From Candidatus Omnitrophota bacterium (GTDB lineage Bacteria > Omnitrophota > Gorgyraeia > JAFGIU01): DNA of 64,000 bases. How positions within the stretch are numbered: position 1 is the stretch's first letter; every line of letters starts with the position of its first letter. Made by a program: the position numbers and the translations under genes. The notes beneath the pieces are model-generated. The model had not been told where the DNA came from. It saw nothing but the letters and a program-made list of their open reading frames with translations, and made no database searches. Below, piece after piece: positions 10,705 through 19,978 of this stretch. The stretch spans positions 4,629 to 68,628 of the forward strand of contig JAFGIU010000055.1 in NCBI GenBank assembly GCA_016929445.1, read 5' to 3'.

Positions 10705-10760
10705 AGGGACGGTTCTCGCTTGCTCATTACGCTGCAATGAGTTACGTGAGAACCGTCCCC
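10705..10760. repeat. Family B inverted-repeat element
   Basis: AGGGACGGTTCTCGC ... GTGAGAACCGTCCCC; arms identical to those at 41246-41301. Confidence 0.8.
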
Positions 10761-10792
10761 TTTGTCGACACAGTCTGGTCGTTCTTTCCGTC

Positions 10793-11395
10793 TTAGGCGA
10801 CCGCTGCAGCCACGCGACCTACGAGATCAGCCCCGGGCTTGAGAGTCTTTGCGCCTTCTTTCCAATTGGCTGGGCAAGCTTCCTCAGGATGCTTGGCCAA
10901 ATACGTGTTGGCCTTGATCTTGCGCAGGAGTTCCTGGGCATTCCGGCCCACATTGAAGAAATTCACTTCTGATCCCGTGAGTTTCCCTTCAGGACTGATG
11001 ATAAAGGTACCGCGATAGGCCAATCCCGCGGATTCATCCCACACACCAAAAAGGCGTGAAACATTGCCGGTTGGATCAGCAGCCATGGGATACTTCACTT
11101 TTTCAAGCAATTTCTCCTCACGCTGCCAAGCCAAGTGCACGAATTTGGTGTCTGTAGAGACGGAAATGATCTCCGCACCGGCTTTCTGGGCCTCGTCGTA
11201 GATGCTAGCCACATCTGCCAACTCAGTCGGGCAAACAAAAGTATAGTCCGCAGGATAGAACACGAGAATGGTCCACTTGCCGGCTTTCTTTTGTTGCTCC
11301 AAGGAGATTTCACCGAAGCTACCACTCTTCGGGTCATAAATCTCCATTTTGAAATCGGGAACTTCATGACCTATTCTTGCTTGCTCTCCACACAT
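10793..11395 (-). CDS. ahpC: 2-Cys peroxiredoxin (AhpC type)
   Basis: FYPADYTFVCPTEL, RGTFII, GRN and ACPANW; GAGGAGG RBS before MCGEQ. Confidence 0.93.
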   Translation of the reverse strand: MCGEQARIGHEVPDFKMEIYDPKSGSFGEISLEQQKKAGKWTILVFYPADYTFVCPTELADVASIYDEAQKAGAEIISVSTDTKFVHLAWQREEKLLEKVKYPMAADPTGNVSRLFGVWDESAGLAYRGTFIISPEGKLTGSEVNFFNVGRNAQELLRKIKANTYLAKHPEEACPANWKEGAKTLKPGADLVGRVAAAVA

Positions 11396-11412
11396 GTACT
11401 TTCCTCCTCGGT

Positions 11413-11883
11413 TTAAGCCTTGTTGTTTGTATTCGACTTGCGGTCTTGCCTGCAATCAGGGCAAAGGCCCATAAAGGAAATACTGTAATCAAAAATCGAA
11501 AAACCCTTCTTACTAACCTGAGGCAGTGACGGCAGATCCAACTCCATCTCTGAAATATCCAGCACACTGTCACATGCTGTGCACACCAGATGATGATGCC
11601 TGCGGGTATTGGGGTCGAATCGCACCACGCCCCCCGGGTGGGCAATCTTACGGGCTACGCCCATTTTCACCAAAATATCCAACACCCGGTAGACCGTAGC
11701 ACGGGAGATTTCCGGAAAGTGAGCCTGAACGCTCGCCACCAACTGTTCAGCCGTGGGATGGTCTGTGTGGCCTGCCAATTCCTCGAAAACCGTTCTGCGC
11801 TGGAGTGTGAGCGGGTAGCCCTGTTCACGGCACGCGGCCTCAAAGAATTGCACCCGGTTGTGGATTTCTATTTGGGATATCAT
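11413..11883 (-). CDS. perR: Fur-family transcriptional regulator, probably PerR
   Basis: TLQRR, HPTAE, SRATVYRVL, RFD, HHHLVCTAC and CPDC; co-oriented directly upstream of ahpC. Confidence 0.75.
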   Translation of the reverse strand: MISQIEIHNRVQFFEAACREQGYPLTLQRRTVFEELAGHTDHPTAEQLVASVQAHFPEISRATVYRVLDILVKMGVARKIAHPGGVVRFDPNTRRHHHLVCTACDSVLDISEMELDLPSLPQVSKKGFSIFDYSISFMGLCPDCRQDRKSNTNNKA

Positions 11884-11889
11884 CTTGTT

Positions 11890-11922
11890 TAAGATTTTAT
11901 CTCATCTAGGACTAATTGTCAA
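11890..11922 (-). promoter_or_regulatory. Sigma70 promoter of perR-ahpC with an overlapping imperfect 7-1-7 palindrome (possible Fur/Per box)
   Basis: Minus strand TTGACA (11917-11922)-17 bp-TAAAAT (11894-11899); TAAGATTTTATCTCA at 11890-11904 is an imperfect palindrome. Confidence 0.75.
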
Positions 11923-11941
11923 CCCCCATTTTTTCGTGCGT

Positions 11942-11980
11942 GGTGCCAGGCACTGGTGCCAGGCACCGGTGTCAGGCACC
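11942..11980. repeat. Tandem array of 13-bp palindromic units GGTGYCAGGCACY (family A), 3 copies
   Basis: GGTGCCAGGCACT GGTGCCAGGCACC GGTGTCAGGCACC. Confidence 0.9.
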
Positions 11981-12020
11981 GTGTGATCGGTGCCTGCAAG
12001 TGTGCTATTCTATTTGCGTT

Positions 12021-13472
12021 ATGGAATTATCCCAAGTATGCGGAATGCGGTTCGACCTTCTGATTGTAGGCGGAGGAATCAGCGGAGCGGGAATAGCACG
12101 CGACGCTTCTCTCCGCAGTATCCGGGCCCTGCTCTTGGATAAGGGGGACTTCGGCAGCGGCACTTCCTGCCGTACCACTAAACTCGTTCACGGCGGGCTG
12201 CGCTATTTGGAGCACGGGCAGTTCAGCCTGGTGCGCCAATGCCTGGCGGAACGCCAGACTCTCCTGCGCATCGCACCCCACTTGGTCCGCCCGCTGCCCT
12301 TTCTCGTCCCGCTCGGCCCATCTCTCAGGCGTCCCACCTGGATGGTTCGCACAGGGGTCACGCTTTACAAAATACTCGCCGGCCAAAATCGCATTGATTC
12401 CCCTCCTCATCTCAGTCAAAGCGAGCTAACCACAAAAATACCTCTGCTATCCGGGCAGGGATTTGGCGGGGCCGCTTCTTATGCTGATGCACAGATGGAC
12501 GACTACCGTCTTTGTCTCGAAAATGTGCTTTCGTCTTTGCGACAGGGTGCCTTGGCGCTCAATCATGTGGAGGCCTTCAAGGCACACCGTGAAACCAAGG
12601 GTTGGCGCATCCAGGTCAGGGATTGTCTGACCGGGGAACAGGCCGAAATCCACACGCGCTGCGTAATCAACGCCACCGGCCCCTGGTCGGACCGCACCGA
12701 ACAAGCCTTGCTCCAAAGCACTAAGAATGAGATCGAACCCACGCGGGGAGCCCACCTCCTTTTGTCTAAACAAATCTCGGATTCCGCATTGCTGTTTCTC
12801 AGCAGTGATCACCGGGTTATTTTTCTGATCCCTTGGCGGGACGGTACCTTGGTCGGAACCACAGAAGACCCCTTCAAAGGGGATTTGGATTCTTTGGAGA
12901 CCGAGGAAAGGGAGATACGATTTCTCTTGAACGAGGTTCAGAGACAGATGGGTCCGGAGAGCGTGCGACTTGAAGATGTCGCCGGGTCTTTTGTCGGTGT
13001 TCGCCCGCTTGTGGGATCTCTGCAGAACCGGTCGGCCTTTGTGAGCCGCGACCACCATCTGCAACTGAGCGCGCCTGCGTGGCTCAGGGTCACCGGAGGC
13101 AAATACACTACTTACCGGCTTATGGCTCAACAAGCCGTTGACATAATTGAGAAGGAACTGCGCGGCCGGATCTCCCCATGCAAGACTGCGGAACTCCCGC
13201 TTCAGGAATCATCGGAATCCGGCCAAAGCATAGAGCAGCGTGTCCAAACAGCTGTTCGCGCCGAAGCCGCGCGCACGGTCTCAGACGTCTTCCGGCGGAT
13301 GGGCCACGGCCTGCTGCTCCCATCTGCGGAATTACAAAACACAATTCTCAACACTGCAAGCACTGCCTTGGGCCTCTCCGCGGATTCCACCGGACAACAG
13401 ATGGAGGAGTACCGCAATGCCTTGGCCCGCCAGAGTCGCGCTTTGGAGCGCCTCAAGGAAAGGGAACTCTGA
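12021..13472 (+). CDS. glpD: FAD-dependent glycerol-3-phosphate dehydrogenase/oxidase
   Basis: IVGGGISG.GIARDA, DFGSGTS..TKLVHGGLRYLE, NATGPW, GVRPL and GGKYTTYR; start 12021 or 12045. Confidence 0.9.
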   Translation: MELSQVCGMRFDLLIVGGGISGAGIARDASLRSIRALLLDKGDFGSGTSCRTTKLVHGGLRYLEHGQFSLVRQCLAERQTLLRIAPHLVRPLPFLVPLGPSLRRPTWMVRTGVTLYKILAGQNRIDSPPHLSQSELTTKIPLLSGQGFGGAASYADAQMDDYRLCLENVLSSLRQGALALNHVEAFKAHRETKGWRIQVRDCLTGEQAEIHTRCVINATGPWSDRTEQALLQSTKNEIEPTRGAHLLLSKQISDSALLFLSSDHRVIFLIPWRDGTLVGTTEDPFKGDLDSLETEEREIRFLLNEVQRQMGPESVRLEDVAGSFVGVRPLVGSLQNRSAFVSRDHHLQLSAPAWLRVTGGKYTTYRLMAQQAVDIIEKELRGRISPCKTAELPLQESSESGQSIEQRVQTAVRAEAARTVSDVFRRMGHGLLLPSAELQNTILNTASTALGLSADSTGQQMEEYRNALARQSRALERLKEREL

Positions 13473-15223
13473 TGCGTTATGCCGGATGGGGAATCCTGTT
13501 CGCTCTTCTAGCCGGTCTGATTACCTGGGGAAACTTCCGCGCCCGCAACCTGCCCGACTCTGAGCAATTTGAATATCAATACGTGCAGATCCACAACCCC
13601 TTCTTTGTGCGCGAGCAAAACGCAGAGGGCGAATGGATTTATCGCAATGCACGCCCGCGTTCAGTACCCAGCACATTTCCCGCCGTCAAATCCCAAAACG
13701 AGCGCCGCATATTTGTTGTGGGCGGCTCCGTGGCACGCTGGCTGGAGACAAAGCGTTTTGAAGAACTGCTGAAGGAATCGCACCCTACCCTGCAATTCCG
13801 CATCATTAACTGCGGAATGACTTCCTATGACAGTTACCGCGAATCCCTTGTTCAGAAGGAACTTTTGCATTACGAACCGGATCTTATCATTCTGTTCTCG
13901 GGTAACAATGAATTTTTCAACCCCGTACGCCTCAACCTTATTCTTTATCGCCTCAACAAGGCTCTCTCGACATTTGCTTCCTACACCGCAGCCCAGGAAA
14001 TGTATTTCAAACTCAAAACCAAACTTAAGCTCCCCTCTCATTTCGGCGATCCGAACACTCTCAGAAGTTTTGAACGAAATATTAACCGTATGTTGCGGGG
14101 AGCCTATTTGCGCGGTGTGCCCATGGCTGTATGCACTTTGCCCACTAATTTCCGGGACTGCCCTCCCCGGGGCAACCTCCCTCTGTACAAGATGGATTTT
14201 GTTGAAGCATGGCTCTATCAATCAAAAGGCGAGTTGCTGAGGGCCTCCAAGCTCTGGGAGGCCTATGTGAAGAGATATCCGGACAGCGCGCACGGGTATT
14301 TTCAATTGGCGCGGAGTCAGGAAGAGCTCGGACTCCAAACCTCAGCCAATTCCTCCTACATTGAGGCAGTGCGCCTGGATAGCCGGGGCCGCTGCACGCC
14401 CGAAAAAAATGAAATGCTCCGGCGCCTTGCACAGGAGCAACACCAGATTCTGGTGGACTTGGAAGACTGGTTCGGGGACCGCACGCCCACAGGCCTTCCT
14501 GGCGGGGAATCGCTTTCAGACGAATGCCACTGGTGGCCGGACCTGGGCCCGCAGATCTGCGAGCAAGTCTTGGGGGCTGTTAAGAGGCACGATCTGAGCT
14601 TCTCCAACCCGGTTTTGGAGGAGAAGTGGTACCAAGACAAAAGTCTTCCCCCTGAACGATCACCGGAAGAAATCCGCCGTGAACGCGCGGTGGTTCTGGC
14701 CGGCACATCGGCCGCACACGGGGCAGACAAAAATTCCGAACGCGGAATCTTTGCACTGCTCCGGGCCCACGCACTGGATCCCGATGTTGTCACCAAGGAG
14801 CGCCTGGAAATTTGGATACCTTACATGAGAAATTCCGGACTCTCCGAAGAACGCTTGCAGAACATCAAGCAGGCCCTCCCCTGGTACGCAGGTGAAGCAT
14901 ACCGGCGCACAGGGAATTTCAATGAGGCCCAACGCCGCCTGCTCGAGGCCCTTGCCGCGGACCCCATGAATGCACGTATCCACTTTTCCCTGGCGCTCCT
15001 TTGCTATACAAATGGCGACAAACCAGGCACACGCCGCGCGCTCGAGACTTATTCCGCAGCAGACGCAAAACACCCTTCGGCAGAAGCTTATTTCAGACTA
15101 TTGGAGGAAGTTTTGGGTCCTATTTCGAACCCAGACGCTGAGTCAGAGTCGCAGCCTGAGGCGAGACAGCAACCCGATTCCTCAGAGCCCGCTGGCGCAT
15201 CACAAGTTGATTCTTCACCGTAA
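13472..15223 (+). CDS. Membrane-anchored SGNH/GDSL-like hydrolase with TPR repeats
   Basis: N-terminal TM, RIFVVGGS, INCG, GNNEF and D.CH motifs, TPR-like helices; TGATG coupling to glpD. Confidence 0.65.
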   Translation: MRYAGWGILFALLAGLITWGNFRARNLPDSEQFEYQYVQIHNPFFVREQNAEGEWIYRNARPRSVPSTFPAVKSQNERRIFVVGGSVARWLETKRFEELLKESHPTLQFRIINCGMTSYDSYRESLVQKELLHYEPDLIILFSGNNEFFNPVRLNLILYRLNKALSTFASYTAAQEMYFKLKTKLKLPSHFGDPNTLRSFERNINRMLRGAYLRGVPMAVCTLPTNFRDCPPRGNLPLYKMDFVEAWLYQSKGELLRASKLWEAYVKRYPDSAHGYFQLARSQEELGLQTSANSSYIEAVRLDSRGRCTPEKNEMLRRLAQEQHQILVDLEDWFGDRTPTGLPGGESLSDECHWWPDLGPQICEQVLGAVKRHDLSFSNPVLEEKWYQDKSLPPERSPEEIRRERAVVLAGTSAAHGADKNSERGIFALLRAHALDPDVVTKERLEIWIPYMRNSGLSEERLQNIKQALPWYAGEAYRRTGNFNEAQRRLLEALAADPMNARIHFSLALLCYTNGDKPGTRRALETYSAADAKHPSAEAYFRLLEEVLGPISNPDAESESQPEARQQPDSSEPAGASQVDSSP

Positions 15224-15767
15224 CAATCCGCGGATCATCTGCACCATAGGCCGCTTCAAAGATCTTAAGAATCCTCGCGTAAAGGCGTTCTGCATCCTGG
15301 AATTCTCCTTGAGCCAAATAGCATTCAGCCAACAGACCTAAGCTTACAGCCACATTCGGGTGATCCGGCCCAGAGGAACGCGCCATGATCCCGATGGCCC
15401 TCTCCAAAAGCAGTTCAGCATCCTCATGGCGGTGTTGCTTCTGATACAGATCCGCCAGGATGTTGAGCGAGGCAGCCACCACAGGATGGTCCTTGCCGTA
15501 AACCTGCTCTTCCAGCAACAAGGCTTTTGTGCGATAGATTTCAGATTGCCTGTATTCTCCGGCATTATAGTGAACCCGTGCGATTTCATTGAGGGTATCC
15601 AGCGTGGTGTGCCCGGAAGCAGGGCCGGCATAGTTGGAGGAACTGAGCGCAAAGCGGCGCCCTTTGGCCAGTGGCTGCGGGGTATCCGCCGCGTCTAGAC
15701 TAGGGATCCACAGCAACAGGCCGGTTAAAAAAAGTGTCAAAATCGAGATTTCTCGGATACGCGTCAT
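15120..15767 (-). CDS. Secreted tetratricopeptide repeat protein (kinesin-light-chain-like TPRs)
   Basis: Signal peptide; repeated G.DHP.VA.SL..LA..Y..QG....AE.L..RA units. Confidence 0.8.
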   Translation of the reverse strand: MTRIREISILTLFLTGLLLWIPSLDAADTPQPLAKGRRFALSSSNYAGPASGHTTLDTLNEIARVHYNAGEYRQSEIYRTKALLLEEQVYGKDHPVVAASLNILADLYQKQHRHEDAELLLERAIGIMARSSGPDHPNVAVSLGLLAECYLAQGEFQDAERLYARILKIFEAAYGADDPRIVTVKNQLVMRQRALRNRVAVSPQAATLTQRLGSK

Positions 15768-15811
15768 CTTGATCAGTTTAGCAGCTTGGATGCCAAGCTG
15801 CTTGCGGCGCC

Positions 15812-15862
15812 GGGTCTTAGGGCTCACCTGGCTCGCCGGACGCTAAGACCTGTCCCTGACTC
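15812..15862. repeat. Degenerate family B element
   Basis: GGTCTTAG ... CTAAGACCTGTCCCTGACTC, matching 7332-7356. Confidence 0.55.
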
Positions 15863-15867
15863 TCACC

Positions 15868-18090
15868 CTATTGATAAACAAAAGTCGTGGTATCCTGCGC
15901 CGGGTCATAACCGCTCAGGGTGGCAGTCACCGTGGCCGTGTAGGTCCCTTCTTCGGCTCGGTAGCCCAGGTACCGGGTAGTCTTGTAAAGACCCGTAGAC
16001 CGGCTCGTATAAGAAGAGTACATCCCTGCCAGGCTTCCATCCGGCTGGTAAACGCTCAATACCACACGCGCTCGAACCGGAGCCCCGTCCTCAATCGCAG
16101 TCACGACATAAGTAATGGCACGCGATGCAAACACGCTCTGGGGATTTCCATAGCGGTCTGTCGTCATAAGGCTCACACTCAATCCGCTGCCCGGCAGCGC
16201 CGGAGACTCAGGGACCTCGCCCTCTTCCACCGTCACCTTCAGACTATCCGAGCCGGTCTCTCCTTGATAGTCCTCCACAAGAAGAGTCACTGTGTGAACA
16301 CCCACACTCATATTCACGTCGTCCACGGAACGCTGCGAAAGCAGCGCAGATCCTTCGGTCCAACGGTAGGATCGAATACTCCCGTCCGTATCATAGGAGC
16401 CGGAACCATCCAAACGCACACGCTCCGATCCGCTGCGGTCCGCATCCTGCACGGTGATATCCGCGCCCGCTCGCGCCACAGGGGGCTGATTCACGGAGGA
16501 TATCGTGGCGGTCGTTGCGGAGGAATCAGAAACATCGATGCTATCACTCACCACCAAGCTCACGGCGTACTTCCCGCCATCCTCGTAAACATGACTCGGA
16601 GTGGGACCATTCCCCTGATCTCCATCCCCAAAAGTCCAGGTGTAAGAAAGATCGTCATTATCCGGATCATAAGAGTCTGCGCCGTTAAAGAGAACCGCTT
16701 CCCCTGCCAATCCCGAATAAGGGCCCCCGGCTTTGGCCACCGGCACTCTATTGTCCACGGGCTCGACCCCCTGCAAAGCGGCGGCAGCGTCCAAGAGCCC
16801 GAAACCCGTTTCTTCATCCCAACCCGGCTCCTCCAAATCTTGTGCCGTGCTGCGCAAAATCTGGCGCACCTCCTCAGGTTTCAAAGACGGATTCTGAGCG
16901 AGCAGCAAAGCCGCCACCCCCGAAACGTGCGGCGCAGCCATGGACGTGCCATAGTAAAAATAAAGTCCTACGCTTGTGGGGCTGCCATTCCGAATGGTCT
17001 GCTGCAGCACCGCATCGATATAACCATTACGGTCCCGATCCACCGTATCCCCGCCCGGCGCCAAAAGGTCCAGCGCAGCCCCATAATTTGAGTACCACGC
17101 CCGCTCATTCGCAGAGTTGCTCGCCCCCACTGCAATCACCTCGGGAAAACCAGCCGGCAAGCCCACCGATCCCGAAGAATCATTCCCCGCCGAGGCCACC
17201 AGAATCACTCCCTTATTCGCGGCATAAGAAACAGCATCCTGCACCGCAGGCAAATCGGAAATCTTCATTTCCGAGGGAAACCCCAAGCTCATATTGATAA
17301 TGTCCGCGCCGTTGTCTACCGCAAAGTAAATCGCTTCAATGAGCTCCACTGAGGTTCCATAACCGTCTTTATCAAAAACCTTGAGAGGCATAAGCTCGGC
17401 CTCCGGAGCCACGCCGGCCACTCCGTACCGGTTGTTAGTGGTCTGAGCAATTGTTCCCGCCACGTGCGAACCGTGCCCGTGATCATCATTGGCGTGGGTG
17501 TCGCCCTCCATAAAGTCATAACCCTGCACAAACTGCGTTTGGGCGAAATCCGGCAGCCTCACAAAACGGTCCGTACCCGGGGGGTCGTAGTCCTCATAGG
17601 CACAACCGCTGTCCACCACCGCAACCACAACACCTTGGCCGCGGGACTCCTCCCAGGCAGATTCCATTCCTATCTGATCAAAATTCCACTGGTAAGAGTA
17701 GTGCGTGTCATCGGGAACAAAATGCGGAAAGACAAAATAATTGGGTTGAACATATTCAACGCGGCTGTCGGCCGAAAGGCGCGCGCGCATCCTTTCGCGC
17801 AAACGGCTGGATTTGACACGCACTCTCCTTAATCGATTCCGGAGGCGGCTGCGAATCTCCGAGACCCCGTGCTTTTGGAAAAGCTCTCTTACGGCGTCTT
17901 CCGGCACCCCGGGCCGGCATTTAATCAAAAGCTCATCCGCCACCATCTGGCCGCCCCGGTGGAAAGCCGGGGACTGCAGAATGGTTTCCCCCTCAGAAGA
18001 AACAGCAAAGGAGGCGGGAACGATGCTGCAGACAAGGAAGGAAAGTACCAGGAATAGGAAAAGCGGACGAAAGACAGACATTGAGCGCAT
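15868..18090 (-). CDS. Secreted S8 subtilisin-like serine protease with PKD domains
   Basis: Triad VVDSG / HGHGSHVAG / GTSMAAPHV; signal peptide and prodomain; two PKD-like repeats (SYDPD..LSYTWTFGDG); start uncertain. Confidence 0.9.
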   Translation of the reverse strand: MRSMSVFRPLFLFLVLSFLVCSIVPASFAVSSEGETILQSPAFHRGGQMVADELLIKCRPGVPEDAVRELFQKHGVSEIRSRLRNRLRRVRVKSSRLRERMRARLSADSRVEYVQPNYFVFPHFVPDDTHYSYQWNFDQIGMESAWEESRGQGVVVAVVDSGCAYEDYDPPGTDRFVRLPDFAQTQFVQGYDFMEGDTHANDDHGHGSHVAGTIAQTTNNRYGVAGVAPEAELMPLKVFDKDGYGTSVELIEAIYFAVDNGADIINMSLGFPSEMKISDLPAVQDAVSYAANKGVILVASAGNDSSGSVGLPAGFPEVIAVGASNSANERAWYSNYGAALDLLAPGGDTVDRDRNGYIDAVLQQTIRNGSPTSVGLYFYYGTSMAAPHVSGVAALLLAQNPSLKPEEVRQILRSTAQDLEEPGWDEETGFGLLDAAAALQGVEPVDNRVPVAKAGGPYSGLAGEAVLFNGADSYDPDNDDLSYTWTFGDGDQGNGPTPSHVYEDGGKYAVSLVVSDSIDVSDSSATTATISSVNQPPVARAGADITVQDADRSGSERVRLDGSGSYDTDGSIRSYRWTEGSALLSQRSVDDVNMSVGVHTVTLLVEDYQGETGSDSLKVTVEEGEVPESPALPGSGLSVSLMTTDRYGNPQSVFASRAITYVVTAIEDGAPVRARVVLSVYQPDGSLAGMYSSYTSRSTGLYKTTRYLGYRAEEGTYTATVTATLSGYDPAQDTTTFVYQ

Positions 18091-18177
18091 CGGCAAGATC
18101 CTCGGTTTTGGTCTCGTCAAAAGAACTGCCCAACTGCGCGCCCCCGCACACAGTTGGGCATGATACCAGAGGCTAGC

Positions 18178-18221
18178 CGGGGACACAATGTGTCAGTTTA
18201 CCCGGCTTTATTGTGTCCCCG
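18178..18221. repeat. Family B inverted-repeat element
   Basis: CGGGGACACAAT ... ATTGTGTCCCCG; the same arms occur at 40648-40690. Confidence 0.8.
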
Positions 18222-19904
18222 TCAAAACGTCGTCGCGCCCTCAGAGGCGGAGCGGACGGTCCGCGCAAATTTGGCCAGGGCCCCGCGCGCGGCTTTTGGC
18301 GCAGGCGCTTTCCAAGCAGCCCGCCGACGTTCCAGCTCAGCCTCGTCCACAGCCAGCTCCAGGCGTTGTCCGTCCCCGTCAATGGTCACCTGGTCGCCTT
18401 CCTCTACCAAAGCAATGGGGCCGCCGACCTGGGACTCCGGGCAGACATGGCCCACAACCAAGCCATGGGTCCCGCCCGAAAACCGCCCATCCGTGATCAA
18501 TCCAATTTTCTCGCCCAGACCCTGACCCACCAGCGCCGCTGTAACGGAAAGCATCTCGCGCATGCCCGGGCCACCCACTGGGCCCTCCCCGCGCAGCACC
18601 ACCACATCGCCCTCCACGATCTTGCGGGCCTTCACCGCTTCAAACGCAGCTTCTTCGCCTTCAAAAACCCGGGCCGGGCCCGTGATCCGGCGCTTCTTCA
18701 GGCCCGCCACCTTGCACACGGCCCCTTCGGGCGCCAAGTTGCCGCGCAAAATCACAATATGCCCGCTCTTAAACATGGGTTTGTCCATGGGCAGCACCAC
18801 CTTCTGCTGGCGTTCATAAATACTGCGCACGGTTCGGAGGTTTTCCGCCAAGCTCGCGCCCGTGCAAGTCAAACAGTCGCCGTGCAGCATGCCCGCATCC
18901 AGCAGCGCCTTGAGCACTGCAGGCGTGCCCCCAACCCGGTGCAGGTCGTACATCACGTACTTGCCGCCTGGCTTGAGATCCGCCAGATGCGGGACCTTTT
19001 GCCCAATCCGGTCAAAATCGTCCAAACTCCACTCCACCTCGGCCTCACGCGCAATAGCCATCAGATGAAGCACGGCATTGGTTGATCCGCCCAGGGCCAG
19101 AACCAGCGTGTATGCATTTTCCAAAGATTTGCGCGTGATGATGTCACGCGGACGGATATTCTTTTCGACCAGACGCACCAGCGCCATCCCCGACAAATAC
19201 GACTCCCGCTCCTTAGCCGCGGAAACTGCCGGATTGCTCGCATTAAAGGGAAGAGCCATACCCATGGCCTCAATGGCTGAAGCCATGGTGTTGGCCGTGT
19301 ACATCCCGCCGCATGAACCGTGTCCCGGACAGGCATTGACTTCTACCTGGTGTACCCCCGCCTCGTCCAAGGTACCGGCCTGGTACTTGCCCACAGCTTC
19401 GAAGATAGAAACAATATCAATGTCTTCCCCGCTGGCACCCACGCCAGGCAAGGTGCTCCCGCCATAAACCAATATCCCCGGGATATTCATACGCGCCATG
19501 GCCATCACACAACCCGGCATATTCTTGTCACAGCCGGCAAATCCCAGAACCCCATCGTGATTCATACCGCCTGAAACAATTTCCAGGCTATCGGCAATGG
19601 TCTCACGGGAAACCATACTGTAACGCATGCCCTGGTGGCCCATCATGATGCCGTCCGAGGCTGTGGGCGCTCCATAAATCTGGCCCACCCCGCCGGCCGC
19701 GCGAATCCCCTCCAGCCCTTTACGGGCGAGGCGATCCAAATGCGCATTACACGGGGTGATATCGCTAAACATCGAGGCAACCCCGATCATGGGGCGTGTG
19801 AAATCGTCATCGTGGAATCCCACTGCACGGAGCATGGCGCGATTCGGGGCACGCCCGATGCCCTCTGTGGTCAAACGGCTCTTTTTGTTATCGTTCTTCG
19901 ACAT
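18222..19904 (-). CDS. ilvD: Dihydroxy-acid dehydratase
   Basis: RAPNRAMLRAVG, TPCN.HL, GCDKNMPG, CGGMYTANTM, GGSTNAVLH, GPGMREML and ITDGRFSG; AAGGAG RBS. Confidence 0.96.
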   Translation of the reverse strand: MSKNDNKKSRLTTEGIGRAPNRAMLRAVGFHDDDFTRPMIGVASMFSDITPCNAHLDRLARKGLEGIRAAGGVGQIYGAPTASDGIMMGHQGMRYSMVSRETIADSLEIVSGGMNHDGVLGFAGCDKNMPGCVMAMARMNIPGILVYGGSTLPGVGASGEDIDIVSIFEAVGKYQAGTLDEAGVHQVEVNACPGHGSCGGMYTANTMASAIEAMGMALPFNASNPAVSAAKERESYLSGMALVRLVEKNIRPRDIITRKSLENAYTLVLALGGSTNAVLHLMAIAREAEVEWSLDDFDRIGQKVPHLADLKPGGKYVMYDLHRVGGTPAVLKALLDAGMLHGDCLTCTGASLAENLRTVRSIYERQQKVVLPMDKPMFKSGHIVILRGNLAPEGAVCKVAGLKKRRITGPARVFEGEEAAFEAVKARKIVEGDVVVLRGEGPVGGPGMREMLSVTAALVGQGLGEKIGLITDGRFSGGTHGLVVGHVCPESQVGGPIALVEEGDQVTIDGDGQRLELAVDEAELERRRAAWKAPAPKAARGALAKFARTVRSASEGATTF

Positions 19905-19978
19905 ACTGGCCTCCTTAATAGAAAGATGACACCCGATTCGTTTAAGAGTTTGAGACTGTGCCTTGCTGAAGTCAAGGA

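Noticed and set aside
11916-12020. N-terminal extensions of ORF-track calls (glpD from 11916, SLC12 from 42901, ilvD from 20135, hdrA from 59645, ccsA from 34164, 13178 ORF)
   Set aside because: They run through repeats, promoters or neighbouring genes; downstream starts fit the RBS or -10 position and family N-termini better
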